From contig NIVC01000215.1 of the NCBI GenBank assembly GCA_002269645.1, positions 62,001-126,000 on the forward strand: a stretch of DNA of 64,000 bases, written 5' to 3'. Positions 61,413 through 64,000 of this stretch are shown in pieces (the stretch's first letter is position 1; each line of letters starts with the position of its first letter). The stretch comes from Macrostomum lignano. Its lineage: Eukaryota. The notes under the pieces are model-generated. The model searched no databases and had not been told where the DNA came from. It saw nothing but the letters and a program-made list of their open reading frames with translations. Position numbers and translations under genes: made by a program.

Positions 61413-64000
61413 CTAAGACTCCTCTGAAGTCTTCTGCTTCAGCCGGTTGATGTAGGCCAGCCTCTGGGCAACAACTTCCCGTTTGCGCCGGGCATTCTCC
61501 AGCTTTCGACGGCGCGCCAGCTGTCGCATGTCGTCGACTTCGCGGTATCGATCCTCCAGTTTCTTTCCTGGCGGCGGCGGCGGCGGCAGCCTCGGCGCTC
61601 TGAGCTGCCTCTGCACCTCGGGCTCGCCAGTCTGCTTATTGACGTCGGTCTCGTAGAAAAAGTTGAAGTCCTGGGCGAAGTAGAAAGCGTCGTAATCTTC
61701 GCAAGCATTGTTGTAGTCCCAGTAGAGCGGCAGGCCCATTAGGCTCTTGTAGAAGCACTCCACTGTGATGCCTAAAGACTCCTGAATGATGCTGGACATT
61801 ATTTGCCGCTGCCTGGGTGCCACGGTCAACAGTCCGGAGAAGATCTTTGTGCCAGCCTCTAGAATCCACAGTTTGTTGCGCGCGTCAACCAGCGAGTCAA
61901 TGGACACAGTCTGGAACGTTCCGGGATAGTCTTGAACAACCGGCTGCATGTAGTCCATGATGCACTGGGAGGCGAACAGCATCTGTATGTAAATAGACTT
62001 GGAGTTCAGGCATTTAGCTGGCAGGACATCCTCAATGTAGAAAACATTGTCTTCGTCCATCTCCATCATGGATGCCCGGCCATATTTAATTTCTTCCTTG
62101 ATCATAGTCAGGACGTTCGGGTCGCGATAGTTCGACAAATGCGATTGTCGGCTAAACCGCTCGGTCAGGACGCGTCCGACAGTCCGATTGGCGATCGGGA
62201 TTTTCAGGTTCGGCTCTTTGCCCTCCAGCGCCTCCTCCTCGGGCGGGAAGTCCTCGCGATTCACCTGATTGTTTGAAATGAAAATTAAATCAAACAAATG
62301 GGTGCTACGAGTAAGCGCCTTCGAATAACTTTATAAATCTGCAAAACGGACTGCTCGCCAAAGTATGGAAGCCACGTGATTGAAACAACCTACAAGGCAT
62401 GAAAGCCACGTGAATAAAACAATATGCAAAGCATGGAAGCCAAGTCGCTGAAGCAACCATAAGGCATGGAAGGTATGACACTAAAACAGCCTGAAAAGTA
62501 AGTTTAAAATGGCTCGGCTCGATAGAAAATCAAACGCTAGCCGAGGAGGCCAGCTGGAAAAATAAACTGACTGACCTGCTGGTAGGGCAAAAGGCAGAAT
62601 ATGGCCAATCCGTAATGAATAAAACCGATGACGCGGCGCCTTGGCAGCACGATAATCAGTAGGAAGAATCGAATAGTGAATTTGCTGTGGTCAAACAGTC
62701 TTGGGCACTCGATGTACCGCTGCAGTATAACGCCGTGCCTGCTGGTTGATTTTCCATCCAGCATGTGATAGAAGCACTCAAACTGTTTGACATCAACTAG
62801 GAAGTTGATACCGCGACCGTTGCAAAGATAAGCAGGCTTAGTGATGAAGATGGTACCTTTTAGATCTTCGACACGGTGGAAGCGTTCAATAAAGTGCAAC
62901 ATAGAGACGTAAGAGTTGATAGTAATAGTCTCCGGTATGAATGCGTACAGGTGCTCGCACACAGGAAGCTTATAGTTAGGACAGTTCGGCACCAAGCAAG
63001 GCTTCAGAGAAAGCGACAAGTTCTGGTGGACGCAAATTCGCCTGGTTACGGAGCGATTCGCTTCGAGATCTAAGCACGATACGTTGGCGTTGTCGCCACA
63101 AAATCGCATCTCACTAGGCTGGGTCTTGCAGGTGAGAGACGGGCTGAGTACGTAGCCCTTCAGCATGTAGTAGAAAGCCTCCTTATCGCTGAAGAAGACG
63201 TCAATGGCTAGTCGATTGATTAAGTAGAAATCTTCGTCAACGGACCGAGTGCCGGCTAGCATGTAGGACCTGCTCGGGTCGTTGACTATGCAGAGCTCGT
63301 TGAGCATCTTCTTAGCCAGACAGGGTCCCAGCCAGAGCAGCGCGATGCTCGATTTCTTTGACGACACATTTCTGTCCAGCATCTCCTTCGATAAACTCCA
63401 GTCGAACACCTTCTCCATGAACAGCTCAACAATGCGATACACTGGCCCGCTTGATCGAAACTTTCTCCGCTTTCGACTGTCCAGCACTAGCAAATTCAGC
63501 AGAGTGTCCGGGTCCGTGCGCGGGTCAATGTAGTTCTTCCAGTCCTTTTCTATGTAGTACCGGCCGTAGTTGATCATGCCGCGCAGCGGTCGCACTTCCG
63601 TAACTTGTTTCAGTAACTTCATTCTATCGTAGCGACAACTGCCAAAGAACGGCAAGTGGTCCAGGCTCTTGTCAAGGTCCTTCTGCTTCTTCGTGCGGTT
63701 CAACGGCGGTTGCCATGTTTTAATCAGCTTTCTTTCCGACTTTCTCCGCGAATGCAATTTGCCTTCGCCCGGCCGGCGAATCCTCGGCGGCAGCGGCTCG
63801 GCCAGCGCGTCGTTCAACAGGCTCTTGCACTTGACGCCGCTTGTTAAGCGAACCTTGCGCACCTCCGGGTCCTCGCTGATTAGGCGCATCTGGGTTAGCT
63901 TGTCGATGCCACCGGTTGGCGGAAGCAGCTGCAGTGGCACCGTACCGTGCATCGGGTCGGTCGAGATGCTGCAGCTCTGCTCCACGGCCTTGCCGCCGCA
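61413..64000 (-). CDS. Divergent tubulin-tyrosine-ligase-like (TTLL, ATP-grasp) protein, 3' part; exons window end-62576 and 62264-61413
   Basis: FITKPAYLCNGRGI, ILQRYIECPRL, KFTIRFFLLI, FCLLPY, SHLSNY, SIDSLVDARNKLWILEAG map onto TTL motifs (WIxKP..GxGI, QKYI, KFDxR, HLTN, FDxxxDxxxxxWLLEVN); cag|gtcagt...aatcag|gtg phase-0 intron; ORF open at the window edge. Confidence 0.8.

Overview
Eukaryotic (animal) genomic DNA. GC-rich exons, AT-rich spacers and introns filled with minisatellites suggest a free-living flatworm such as Macrostomum (inference, not checked). Bases 419-30008 (+) hold 21 exons of an RME-8/DNAJC13 gene. I could splice these in frame to about 2260 codons; the first exon lies upstream of the window. 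Seventeen of its 20 introns carry tandem repeats, mostly a different unit in each intron, and these explain nearly all the long low-complexity ORFs in the track. Downstream are: a 4-exon orphan gene (- strand); a secreted neuropeptide-like precursor with tandem KR-flanked APFW/DPFW tetrapeptides; degenerate LINE fragments; CORE-type SINEs and hAT-like MITEs; a 2-exon glutaredoxin with an unusual VPSCKQC site; a single-exon 20-LRR membrane protein (-); a small Cys-rich TNF-receptor-like membrane protein; and the 3' part of a divergent tubulin-tyrosine-ligase-like gene (-) running off the window end. No CRISPR array, rRNA or intact tRNA was found. All family calls come from motif recognition by eye; no database search was run.
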